Shown in pieces: positions 9,199-17,329 of a stretch of DNA of 64,000 nt; within the stretch, counting starts at the first letter, position 1, and each line of letters begins with the position of its first letter. A model generated the notes under the pieces. It saw only the letters and a program-made list of their open reading frames with translations. It had not been told where the DNA came from and ran no database searches. This DNA is from a virus, in IMG/VR virus record IMGVR_UViG_3300028394_000001, positions 106,521 through 170,520 of that record. The stretch is one strand, 5' to 3'. The position numbers and the translations under genes are program-made.

Positions 9199-10715
9199 AA
9201 TATACAATATTGGGTGGCGGAAGTGCTGGTTGGTTAACTGCATTGTTCATTAGAAAAATTTGTCCAGATGATGAGGTAACTGTCATTGCTAGCTCCGAAA
9301 TTGGAATTTTAGGTGCAGGTGAAGGCACTACACCTCAATTTCCTATGTTTCTTAAAAAGATTGATATATCGGTTCATGATATAATTAAAAACGCTAAAGG
9401 AACATTTAAGAATGGAATTAAATTTACTAATTGGAATGGAGATGGTGAACATTACTATCATAACTTTCAAGATTCATTAGTAAATTTCGAAGATTACAAA
9501 CACATTGATGTTAATCCCTATGCTTTAAATAACATTTCAAACCATGAAAATTTAGATAGCTTGAATTTTACTCCACTCATATCTGAAAAAAATAAAGTAA
9601 AATATATAAAATCTAATGATAAAGAATGTGGATCGGATGCGTTACATTTTGATGCAAATTTATTAGCCAAATATTTTCAAACTGTTGGTTTAGAAAGAAA
9701 TATTAAACTTGTTGATGATGAAGTTATTTCTGTTGATTCAAAGGACAATAAGATTGTTGGATTTAATTTAAAATCAAATAATAAGATAGATACGGATTTT
9801 GTTTTTGATTGTTCTGGTTTTAAAAGATTTCTAATTGGTGGCCACTACAAAGGTAAATGGAATTCTTATAATGACCATTTACCAATGAAACGAGCGATGC
9901 CTTTCTTTGTTCAGAACGACACTAAAGAGATTCCACCATACACAGAAAGTATTGCTATGAAGTATGGTTGGGTTTGGAAGATTCCGGTACAAGGTCGATT
10001 TGGTTGTGGTTATGTGTTTGATTCGGATTTGGTGTCTGATGAAGAAATCAAAAAAGAGTTGGAGGAATATTTTGGACATGAAATTATAAGTCCAAGAACA
10101 TTCACTTTTAATCCAGGTTGTTTTGAAGAGGTGTGTATAGGTAACTGTATTGCTATTGGTTTATCAGCCGCTTTTATTGAACCACTTGAAGCGACAAGCA
10201 TATGGGTTACCATTATGCAATTGACTGAATTTGAAGCGAATAAAAACAAAATCTTAAACGACTCTGGTGATTCTATTGAATCATATAATCAAACTATTAA
10301 GGCAATAAACAGAGACATTTTAAACTTTATACAATTACACTATTTAACTAATCGTAATGATAGTGTTTTTTGGAATACTTTTAAAGTAAAAAACAAGGTA
10401 TTACCGCAAATAGAAGGTCTTAAAGAATTGTGTCAAGATAAAATTCCAGAATCTCACAATTTAAAATACCTTACATTAACAGAAAATATTAACATAGGTT
10501 GTTCGCGTAGTAACCATCGGGGTATTTTTTCCGAAACAAGTTGGCATCAAGTTGGTGCCGGCATAAAATTCTTTAAAGAAGATATTGCAAGAAAAGTTTT
10601 GGATACTGAATATCCAAATTTTAAAAATGAGGTTATATTTCAGGACTTTTTTGAAAAAAATAGTGAACTGTTATATGACCATTACGATTACATAGAGAAA
10701 TTAAAAAATGTTTAA
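9195..10715 (+). CDS. flavin-dependent tryptophan halogenase-like protein (PrnA/RebH family)
   Basis: GGGSAGW FAD motif, GAGEGT, K.GIKF..W, HFDA, DCSGF, GWVWKIP (WxWxIP), AIGLSAAFIEPLEATSI. Confidence 0.9.
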   Translation: MKYTILGGGSAGWLTALFIRKICPDDEVTVIASSEIGILGAGEGTTPQFPMFLKKIDISVHDIIKNAKGTFKNGIKFTNWNGDGEHYYHNFQDSLVNFEDYKHIDVNPYALNNISNHENLDSLNFTPLISEKNKVKYIKSNDKECGSDALHFDANLLAKYFQTVGLERNIKLVDDEVISVDSKDNKIVGFNLKSNNKIDTDFVFDCSGFKRFLIGGHYKGKWNSYNDHLPMKRAMPFFVQNDTKEIPPYTESIAMKYGWVWKIPVQGRFGCGYVFDSDLVSDEEIKKELEEYFGHEIISPRTFTFNPGCFEEVCIGNCIAIGLSAAFIEPLEATSIWVTIMQLTEFEANKNKILNDSGDSIESYNQTIKAINRDILNFIQLHYLTNRNDSVFWNTFKVKNKVLPQIEGLKELCQDKIPESHNLKYLTLTENINIGCSRSNHRGIFSETSWHQVGAGIKFFKEDIARKVLDTEYPNFKNEVIFQDFFEKNSELLYDHYDYIEKLKNV

Positions 10716-11373
10716 CTATTGCGCTGTACCTACACTAAAAGATATTAAGGCTGAGACTTTCCCAGATGGCCGATACTATGTAATGGAAGACGGTGCAAGA
10801 TTGCCGTCAATTACGACTGTACTGGGTGCTTTAAGTAAGGCTGACATACTTGCATGGCGTAAGCGTGTTGGTTATGAAGAAGCCAATAAAATCTCACGCA
10901 AAGCATCTGGTCGTGGTACCAATATGCATAGCATCTGTGAAGCATATCTAAACAACAATATAGAGTATTCAAAGAAGGCTATGCCTGATGCATTGGAAAT
11001 GTTCAAGAGCCTCAAACCAATTATAGATGCAAATGTGTCTGATATTTGGTACCAAGAATGTGCATTGTTTTCCAAAAAACTTGGTGTTGCAGGTCGTGTT
11101 GACTTGATTGCACATTGGGACGGAAAACTATCTATCATTGATTTCAAGACCAGTAGCAGGATTAAAACCAGAGATAAGGTTATGTCCTATTTTTGGCAAG
11201 AAACTGCATATGCATTGATGTTAGAAGAAATGATTGATATACCTGTTGACCAGATTGTTACCGTTATGGCAGTAGATGGTTCTGAACCATTGGTGTTCAT
11301 TGAAAAGACTCAAGACCATATCGATGGACTAGTAAAAGCCATACAATTCTATAAAGATTCTTTGGTGGCTTGA
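10708..11373 (+). CDS. PD-(D/E)XK exonuclease (T4-like, Cas4-like)
   Basis: PSITTVL, WRKRVG.EEA, RGT.MH...E, AGRVDLI, IIDFKTS, Q..AYA. Confidence 0.87.
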   Translation: MFNYCAVPTLKDIKAETFPDGRYYVMEDGARLPSITTVLGALSKADILAWRKRVGYEEANKISRKASGRGTNMHSICEAYLNNNIEYSKKAMPDALEMFKSLKPIIDANVSDIWYQECALFSKKLGVAGRVDLIAHWDGKLSIIDFKTSSRIKTRDKVMSYFWQETAYALMLEEMIDIPVDQIVTVMAVDGSEPLVFIEKTQDHIDGLVKAIQFYKDSLVA

Positions 11374-11398
11374 CAAGTCTCTAATCCTGTGATACAAT
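11370..11398 (+). promoter_or_regulatory. sigma70-type promoter (extended -10) for the RNA operon
   Basis: TTGACA (11370-75), 17 bp, TG-n-TACAAT (11393-98). Predicted +1 is about 11405. Confidence 0.8.
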
Positions 11399-11406
11399 AT
11401 ATAATT

Positions 11407-11499
11407 AACACACTTATGAACTGGGACATGGCTCGGCTGTGCAATTAGACTAAGTTCCCACTTTGTGGGTACGGGAGGGTGGATCTCCCTGAGTGTGTT
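11407..11499 (+). ncRNA. candidate structured ncRNA 1 (unknown family)
   Basis: A 10-bp closing stem AACACACTTA/TGAGTGTGTT encloses hairpins CCCAC-TTT-GTGGG and GGGAG-7nt-CTCCC. It starts at the predicted TSS and is followed by a U-tract. Confidence 0.55.
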
Positions 11500-11503
11500 T
11501 TTT

Positions 11504-11597
11504 AACACTATAGAAGATTAGATAATATCAAATCTCAGGGCTGGTACACCAGATTACTCTAGGGAAACCTAAAAGTGCAGATAGACCGTATAGTGTT
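11504..11597 (+). ncRNA. candidate structured ncRNA 2 (unknown family)
   Basis: A perfect 9-bp closing stem AACACTATA/TATAGTGTT encloses hairpins AGATTAGAT-AAT-ATCAAATCT, CTGG-TACA-CCAG and TAGG-GAAA-CCTA (GNRA loop). A U-tract follows. Confidence 0.55.
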
Positions 11598-11601
11598 TTT
11601 T

Positions 11602-11915
11602 ATTGCTGTATGAAGCAAAGAGAAAAGTGTTCTGGACGGGGGTGCGAATCCCCCCAGGTCCACCATAAGGATTGTAATGAAAGAAAAAATATTAACTGCT
11701 ATTGAAATGATTGCAGAGTTCCTAAAAGGAATAGCACAATCTTTATGATGGGCCTGCATAGTTTCGACAGGGCAAAGAGTAACAGAGTGGACAGCACGGT
11801 AGGCGATGACCGTTAATCAAGCAAAAAACGTAAATGCAAACGACTCCGCATATCGCCTAGCTGCTTAAGCTAAGCTGAGGTTTCGCCGACTGTCCTTATT
11901 ATCCAATCAGTCGGC
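11602..11915 (+). ncRNA. ssrA: circularly permuted (two-piece) tmRNA
   Basis: The acceptor piece has a T-arm and ends CAGGTCC-A-CCA (11655-11665). It precedes the coding piece, which starts GGGCCTG (11750) and continues ...TTTCGACAGG. The acceptor stem has the G3.U pair. The tag ORF at 11836-11868 reads ANDSAYRLAA*. A 3' hairpin lies at 11885-11915. The outer ends are approximate. Confidence 0.9.
11677..11748 (+). CDS. possible 23-aa amphipathic peptide in the tmRNA intervening segment
   Basis: TAAGGA SD right after the CCA end; MKEKILTAIEMIAEFLKGIAQSL* ends 1 nt before the tmRNA 5' G. Confidence 0.4.
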   Translation: MKEKILTAIEMIAEFLKGIAQSL

Positions 11916-11941
11916 AATTTGTTCAACAAAAGGAGAAAATT

Positions 11942-12385
11942 TTGATTAAAAAACTCGTACTTATCGCATCCCTTATGGGTGTATTTGCAAGCGCACAGGC
12001 TTTAGAAGTTGGTATCAATGATGGTACTAATCTTAGCTCAACGCAAAATGTTTGGGGTGTTACAGTAGGTGAAACTGTGAAAGGTTATAACTTAACCGCA
12101 GGCTTCAATCGTTCTACAACTGCCGACTCTTATAGTTTGGTAAATGCTGTAGAGGTAGCAAAATTTGGACCTGTATCACTTGATGCTAAATTTGGTGCTG
12201 TCTTTGTTGACAGTCAATCAGGTTCAGCTTATGATGGTTATGCCGCTACGGTTGGTGTCGGTGCTCGTATGCCTATCACTAAATCAGTTTCAGCAGGCCT
12301 TGATTACAGTTACCAAGCTGGTCAAGACCGTGTTGTTGCAGAAAACGGTAGCCGTATCACTGCTGGCGTTAAATTTAGTTTCTAA
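11942..12385 (+). CDS. outer-membrane beta-barrel protein (small OmpA-TM/Ail/Lom-like)
   Basis: AAGGAG SD with TTG start; Sec signal peptide ending AQA; alternating beta strands; C-terminal AGVKFSF (terminal Phe, BAM signal). Confidence 0.78.
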   Translation: MIKKLVLIASLMGVFASAQALEVGINDGTNLSSTQNVWGVTVGETVKGYNLTAGFNRSTTADSYSLVNAVEVAKFGPVSLDAKFGAVFVDSQSGSAYDGYAATVGVGARMPITKSVSAGLDYSYQAGQDRVVAENGSRITAGVKFSF

Positions 12386-12461
12386 ACTAAAAAGGGTTTA
12401 ATAGGTTTTCCCTGGCGGCCGACCCGTCCAAATAACCTATCAATTTTTCGAAAGGAAACCC

Positions 12462-13013
12462 ATGCGAAGTAAAGCAATACTTTTCAGCATAGTAGTTTCC
12501 GCAATAGTTCTTTGCCTCTCCATGGTAAACATTAATTTTAGGATGCCCCTAAAAGCTGATTACCAAAATCTTACTGAGGCAACAAAAAGGCAGGTTACAT
12601 GCCTTGCAGAGAACATTTACTTTGAGGCTGGACATGAACCATTGAGTGGTAAACAAGCTGTTGCTTTTGTTACCATGAATCGTGTACAAGCCGGTTACAG
12701 TAAAGATATTTGCGGAGTTGTTCATCAGAAGACGGGGGATACCTGTCAGTTTTCCTGGTTGTGTGACAAAAACATTACCAGTAAACGCTTGACAATTAGA
12801 GATAGTTCATTGTATAATGAAGTTCGTGAGTTGGCTGTGGACATGATTCTAAATCGTGACCTCAAGGAAGATGTTACACAAGGTGCAACATACTACCATG
12901 CCGACTATGTAAATCCACAGTGGAAATTAGAAAAAGTGAAGAAAATAGGTCATCACATTTTCTATAGAAGCCGTGTGGATAATATTGACAGAAATAGGAA
13001 TTTTTATGAATAA
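12462..13013 (+). CDS. cell wall hydrolase (SleB / Hydrolase_2 family)
   Basis: CLAENIYFEAG.E...G..AVA.V..NRV, ICGVV.Q, CQFSW, GATYYHADYV.P.W, IGHHIFY; N-terminal TM anchor. Confidence 0.9.
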   Translation: MRSKAILFSIVVSAIVLCLSMVNINFRMPLKADYQNLTEATKRQVTCLAENIYFEAGHEPLSGKQAVAFVTMNRVQAGYSKDICGVVHQKTGDTCQFSWLCDKNITSKRLTIRDSSLYNEVRELAVDMILNRDLKEDVTQGATYYHADYVNPQWKLEKVKKIGHHIFYRSRVDNIDRNRNFYE

Positions 13014-13221
13014 AGAATTAGTGACATATATTGTTTGTGTGAGCATTTTAATTGGTTCTGCTATTGCAGGTTTCACCGTTTACAACCTAAATGAACGCAA
13101 CAACTTTGCAAAGAACATGGAATCAGCAATCGCCAAAGGTGTTGATCCATTGTCGGTGAAGTGTGCTTATGAACAATTACCCACTGCAACCTGCATCACA
13201 TTTGCACTAGGTAAACGATAA
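13006..13221 (+). CDS. small membrane protein
   Basis: Start ATG 13006; N-terminal TM helix; coupled between the hydrolase and gp33. Confidence 0.7.
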   Translation: MNKELVTYIVCVSILIGSAIAGFTVYNLNERNNFAKNMESAIAKGVDPLSVKCAYEQLPTATCITFALGKR

Positions 13222-13442
13222 TGGCAACTAGAGAAGAAATATCTGATTTCTCCACTAGAATATTGGAGATGGCTGATGAACAAGGTCAACCTTGTATGGA
13301 TGTCATTATCCAATATTGTGATGAAACAGGTATCGAGGTAGAAATTGCAGCAACAATGATTTCTTCATTTCTAAAAGCTCGTATCCGTGAAGAAGCACAG
13401 TCGGTTAATCTAATCAAGAAGGCCGCAAAGCTACCGTTATGA
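13221..13442 (+). CDS. 33: late-transcription coactivator gp33
   Basis: MDVIIQYCDETGIEVE...ISSFLKARIREEAQSVNLI; located before gp59 and gp32. Confidence 0.8.
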   Translation: MATREEISDFSTRILEMADEQGQPCMDVIIQYCDETGIEVEIAATMISSFLKARIREEAQSVNLIKKAAKLPL

Positions 13443-14041
13443 ATGAAGGTACAGGCTTTGCGGCCTTTGCGTTATATAATGCATTGAAGTTACATTTCAC
13501 ATCTTCCTATGATTACTTTAAGTATCATGGGAAGACTAATGTGAGTAAAGATACCTTTTTGAGGCGTAAAGATAAATATAGCTTCTACAAGTTATCACGC
13601 AAATACTCGTTGGATGAACTCAGGAACTTCTTTGTGGCTAATTTTGTATACGGTGACTCAACTTGGGTTGGTGAAATGACTGGACCGAATGGTGAAGATG
13701 TATATAAAAAGTGGCAAAAGATTTCTCAGAGCTTGACATATAATTTTGAATCTGATATAGTACGCATCTTAGAACAGGTAAATAGTCCTGATGAATTGAT
13801 GAAGGTAAGGTCTGGTGAGTATCCTGACCTACTAGTTGGTGCGATGCAGAATTCAATTTCGATTGAAACACTGGTGATACTGAATGATATGATGAACTTC
13901 TTTTCCATGTGGGACAAAAAGATAAGTGATGACATTATTTGGCCGTCCTGGAAATTGAAGTGTGAAAAGTATGCACCATTTATTACATACGATAAAGTTA
14001 AGTTTAAGAATATTTTAAAAGAGGCAATTACAAATGAGTAA
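13439..14041 (+). CDS. 59: helicase loader gp59
   Basis: YNALKLHFTSSYDYFKYHGK...F..RKDKY.F.KLSRKY, ISIETLVIL, KYAPF; synteny. Confidence 0.87.
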   Translation: MNEGTGFAAFALYNALKLHFTSSYDYFKYHGKTNVSKDTFLRRKDKYSFYKLSRKYSLDELRNFFVANFVYGDSTWVGEMTGPNGEDVYKKWQKISQSLTYNFESDIVRILEQVNSPDELMKVRSGEYPDLLVGAMQNSISIETLVILNDMMNFFSMWDKKISDDIIWPSWKLKCEKYAPFITYDKVKFKNILKEAITNE

Positions 14042-14525
14042 ATATACAAAAATCTATTTGGACATGGACGGCGTAATTGCTGACTTTGCCAAGAGATATA
14101 AGGAATTGTTCCTTATTACACCTGAACAAGCAGATAGGAGCCGCAATTTTGCTGGTTACTTTAAGTCTTTTATTGATACTAAACAATTCGCAAACCTTGA
14201 TATGATGCCAGATGCAAGGATGCTATTGGATCATTTGAACACATTAGATATTCCTGTAGAGATTCTTTCTTCTACAGCAAAACAAGATTCACATGTGGAC
14301 ATTTCAGACCAAAAAAGAGTATGGTTGATTTCACAAGGTATCAATTATCCACGCAATTTTGTACCAGGTAAAAGCCTGAAGTACACCTTTGCGGCACCAG
14401 AATCCATTATCATTGATGACACACTTTCTGTTATTAGTGACTGGGTTGAGGCAGGTGGTACAGCAATCCATCACACGGATGCTGCATCTACTATTGCTTC
14501 ATTAGACGCTTTATTGAGCGCCTAA
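14034..14525 (+). CDS. HAD-family 5'(3')-deoxyribonucleotidase-like phosphatase
   Basis: IYLDMDGVIADF, ILSS, K..W, IIIDD...W..AGG..IHH. Confidence 0.82.
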   Translation: MSKYTKIYLDMDGVIADFAKRYKELFLITPEQADRSRNFAGYFKSFIDTKQFANLDMMPDARMLLDHLNTLDIPVEILSSTAKQDSHVDISDQKRVWLISQGINYPRNFVPGKSLKYTFAAPESIIIDDTLSVISDWVEAGGTAIHHTDAASTIASLDALLSA

Positions 14526-14597
14526 ATACACTTATATTATGTATAAAGTGGATAATCCGTTTTAATTTTTTACACTCCGTTATATAAAGGAAAAATC

Positions 14598-15488
14598 ATG
14601 GTAGATTTCGCAAATCTTAAACGCTCTTCGGGCAATCTTGACAAACTCTCTAAAGCTATTGAAGCTTTAAACACTACAGAGGGTTCTGACAACAAAGACA
14701 ATTATTGGAAACCTGAAGTAGACAAAGCTGGTAACGGCATGGCTGTTATTCGTTTTCTTCCAGCTCCGGCTGTAGATGGTGATGACGCACTTCCGTGGGT
14801 CAAACTATTCTCACACGGCTTTCAAGGTCCTGGTGGTTGGCTTATTGACAACTGCTTGACAACCAAGAACCAACAATGTCCTGTGTGTGAACACAATTCT
14901 TCATTGTGGAATACTGGTATCGAAGCCAACAAAGACATTGTACGCAAACAAAAGCGTAAACTGAACTACATTGCAAATGTCTATATCGTTTCGGATCCAA
15001 AACATCCTGAGAACGAAGGACAAATCAAGTTGTTCCGTTTCGGTAAGAAAATCTTTGACAAAATCTCAGAAGCAATGAACCCACAGTTTGCTGATGAACA
15101 GGCAATCAACCCATTCGACCTGTGGGCTGGCGCTAACTTCAAGTTGAAGATTCGTAAAGTTGAGGGTTACCAAAACTATGACAAGTCTGAATTTGAATCT
15201 CCTGCACCATTGTCTACAGATGATGCAAAGCTTGAGAAAATCTGGAAATCAGAACACTCTTTGAAAGAGATGACTGCTGATAAGGAATTCAAGACATATG
15301 ATGAACTATCGACTCGCTTGAATCGTGTTCTTGGTTTGAATGGTGAGACTATTAAACCTAAGACTACTGTTGAACAAATGAAGGCAACACCTGAGGCATT
15401 TAGACCTAAGGCTGTTGAACCTGAATTGTCACTGTCTGGTGATGATGACGATATGGCCTACTTCTCAAAGTTGGCTGAAGAAGACTAA
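14598..15488 (+). CDS. 32: single-stranded DNA-binding protein gp32
   Basis: WK...DKAGNG.AVIRFLP, HGFQGPGGW.I.NC.TT...CPVCE, FGKKIFDKI, GANFKLK, NYDKSEF; acidic tail. Confidence 0.95.
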   Translation: MVDFANLKRSSGNLDKLSKAIEALNTTEGSDNKDNYWKPEVDKAGNGMAVIRFLPAPAVDGDDALPWVKLFSHGFQGPGGWLIDNCLTTKNQQCPVCEHNSSLWNTGIEANKDIVRKQKRKLNYIANVYIVSDPKHPENEGQIKLFRFGKKIFDKISEAMNPQFADEQAINPFDLWAGANFKLKIRKVEGYQNYDKSEFESPAPLSTDDAKLEKIWKSEHSLKEMTADKEFKTYDELSTRLNRVLGLNGETIKPKTTVEQMKATPEAFRPKAVEPELSLSGDDDDMAYFSKLAEED

Positions 15489-15513
15489 AATTCTTTCTTT
15501 CATGGAACTTGAT

Positions 15514-15538
15514 ACCCCGCCTAGTGCGGGGTTTTTTA
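15514..15538 (+). terminator. rho-independent terminator after gp32
   Basis: ACCCCGC-CTAGT-GCGGGGT followed by a T-tract, at the convergence with the minus-strand block. Confidence 0.85.
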
Positions 15539-17314
15539 TGCCATCGCAATAGGTGGTCCACTAAATCTACGATTAGCTTTAAGTATTGCTACTAGAGTTT
15601 CATTTGTTGTTCGGACAGGAGTTGACACAGCAAAATCAATGCCGCCGGTGCCAGTTTTTACAACATTCTTACTTGCATCAATTATAGTAGGCTTTGTACT
15701 TCCACCACTATCATTTAAATTTAAACTAGCATAAAGATTTTGATTTTGTAAAAAACTTTGAGCCGCTCTACTGGCTGCCGGCATTGTTGGAGAAAAACTA
15801 CTTTTACCACTTTGATTTGGTACTAAGTTTAAGTCTGTTCCAGCAGGTTTATCTACACTTCTTAGAGGCATACTTTCACCAATAGGAGGTGGAAGACCTA
15901 CTGTACCACTGGCCGACCCAAACTCGCGGGTTGCTGTTGTCGCACCACCACTAGAATTAGATGTACCTATTGTTGATGTACGAGAACCACTCCTATCAAC
16001 TGCGACAGCTGTAGAACCTGGTGATTGTGCAGTTACTGGTCTCACAGAAACTGATGATGTATCTGGTTGGCTTGACATTTGATTTGCCTCTGCGCCGCCC
16101 GGAGCAATCTGAACCTGTGTCGGATCAGGTGGTCCTGCATTAGTAATGACCGGTACAGGCGCCGGTGGTGCAACATATTTTGGACTTCTTGGATTTGTGT
16201 TAGGAACAACTAAATTTTCACCTACACCACCAGAAAGAATAACCAATTTTCCAGCTCTATTTGTAACTTCACCTTGAAATTGAGCCCTTTGATTACCCTG
16301 CGTTCTCGCTAACCAATCTGTCACTTGTTGTAAATTTTGAACAGATAACTCTTGCTTTTTTTCTGCTTCAGTAAAAAGAGGATTAGTCATTATTGATTCG
16401 ACTAAATCTCTAGGTTTTTGTTTTCCTATTTTTTGAGCGTTTAATGCTCCAGCTTCAGTATTATTGGAAGCTTCACCCCTCTGAATCATTGCGTATGGAT
16501 CACTTAAATACTCCGCTTTGTAAGGATTAATCCTTACAGCGGCTTGACGTTCTTCAACTTCTCTTGTTGTTACCACTACTGCGCCAATGGCTGCTGCACC
16601 TAAAAAAGTTAAAGGATTTGCTAAAGCTAATGATGCAATACTTCGCAAGGTGCTCAAGTCTTTACCCATGGCAATCGATTTTATCATCGTTTTCAAAAAT
16701 TTTAATAAAGGTTTTAGTTTTAGAAATACCGCGGCCAACATTTTTTTGACTATTTCAATTATTCTTTCCAGGAATCCTTTACCTTTATCTTGTTTAGTTG
16801 CAGTACCTCCACCTAAATGACCAAGTGCATCAATCAATTCTTTATGTCTTAATTCTCTTTCAAATTCTCGTTCTTCTTCAAAATTTGCAGTAATTTCATT
16901 CTGCTTCTTTTCATCCAATATTTGTTTTTTTAACAAATTGAAAATACGAGCCATAATGGTAGAAAGACCTTCACCTCTCCTTACTGGCCTGTTTTCGCCG
17001 TCAGATACTTTTGAAATTAATGGATTGTTTTTAATTGCTGTTATAGCCGAATTTCTTTTGCCGGTAAAGTAATCAATGTCTTCCTGACTTCTGCCTGCAA
17101 TTTTACCATAAGCATATGCACCTAATCTTCCTCCAATTGCTCTAGAGATATTCATTGGATCAAATTTCTCTTTGAGGCCTGTTAGTTTGGCTTTAGTCTT
17201 ATCTTTTATTGAACTGGAAATAGATTTACCAAAACCTTGGCCATCTAAAGTTCTATCGATAATTAGAGTTTTGAGGCTTTGATTTCTTATTCCTCTTGCT
17301 GATCTGTAGTCCAT
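15536..17314 (-). CDS. putative tail/baseplate-hub-associated protein (tape-measure-associated)
   Basis: 592 aa with a helical N-half and a Ser/Thr/Pro-rich C-half. Shares the RxGxG...RHKELxxAL motif with the upstream ORF. Confidence 0.6.
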   Translation of the reverse strand: MDYRSARGIRNQSLKTLIIDRTLDGQGFGKSISSSIKDKTKAKLTGLKEKFDPMNISRAIGGRLGAYAYGKIAGRSQEDIDYFTGKRNSAITAIKNNPLISKVSDGENRPVRRGEGLSTIMARIFNLLKKQILDEKKQNEITANFEEEREFERELRHKELIDALGHLGGGTATKQDKGKGFLERIIEIVKKMLAAVFLKLKPLLKFLKTMIKSIAMGKDLSTLRSIASLALANPLTFLGAAAIGAVVVTTREVEERQAAVRINPYKAEYLSDPYAMIQRGEASNNTEAGALNAQKIGKQKPRDLVESIMTNPLFTEAEKKQELSVQNLQQVTDWLARTQGNQRAQFQGEVTNRAGKLVILSGGVGENLVVPNTNPRSPKYVAPPAPVPVITNAGPPDPTQVQIAPGGAEANQMSSQPDTSSVSVRPVTAQSPGSTAVAVDRSGSRTSTIGTSNSSGGATTATREFGSASGTVGLPPPIGESMPLRSVDKPAGTDLNLVPNQSGKSSFSPTMPAASRAAQSFLQNQNLYASLNLNDSGGSTKPTIIDASKNVVKTGTGGIDFAVSTPVRTTNETLVAILKANRRFSGPPIAMA

Positions 17315-17329
17315 TTTTATTCTCTTTGG

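Noticed and set aside
10708-11373. Cas4 as part of a CRISPR system
   Set aside because: This is the ordinary T4-like PD-(D/E)XK exonuclease; there is no array or other cas gene nearby.
11625-11665. Stand-alone tRNA gene (T-arm plus CCA)
   Set aside because: There is no upstream D or anticodon arm. The matching acceptor strand lies downstream at 11750 with a tag ORF, so this is the acceptor piece of a permuted tmRNA.
11559-11759. Minus-strand 66-aa ORF
   Set aside because: It is antisense to the tmRNA (MVDLGG.APPS is the usual shadow translation of a tmRNA 3' end) and has no independent support.
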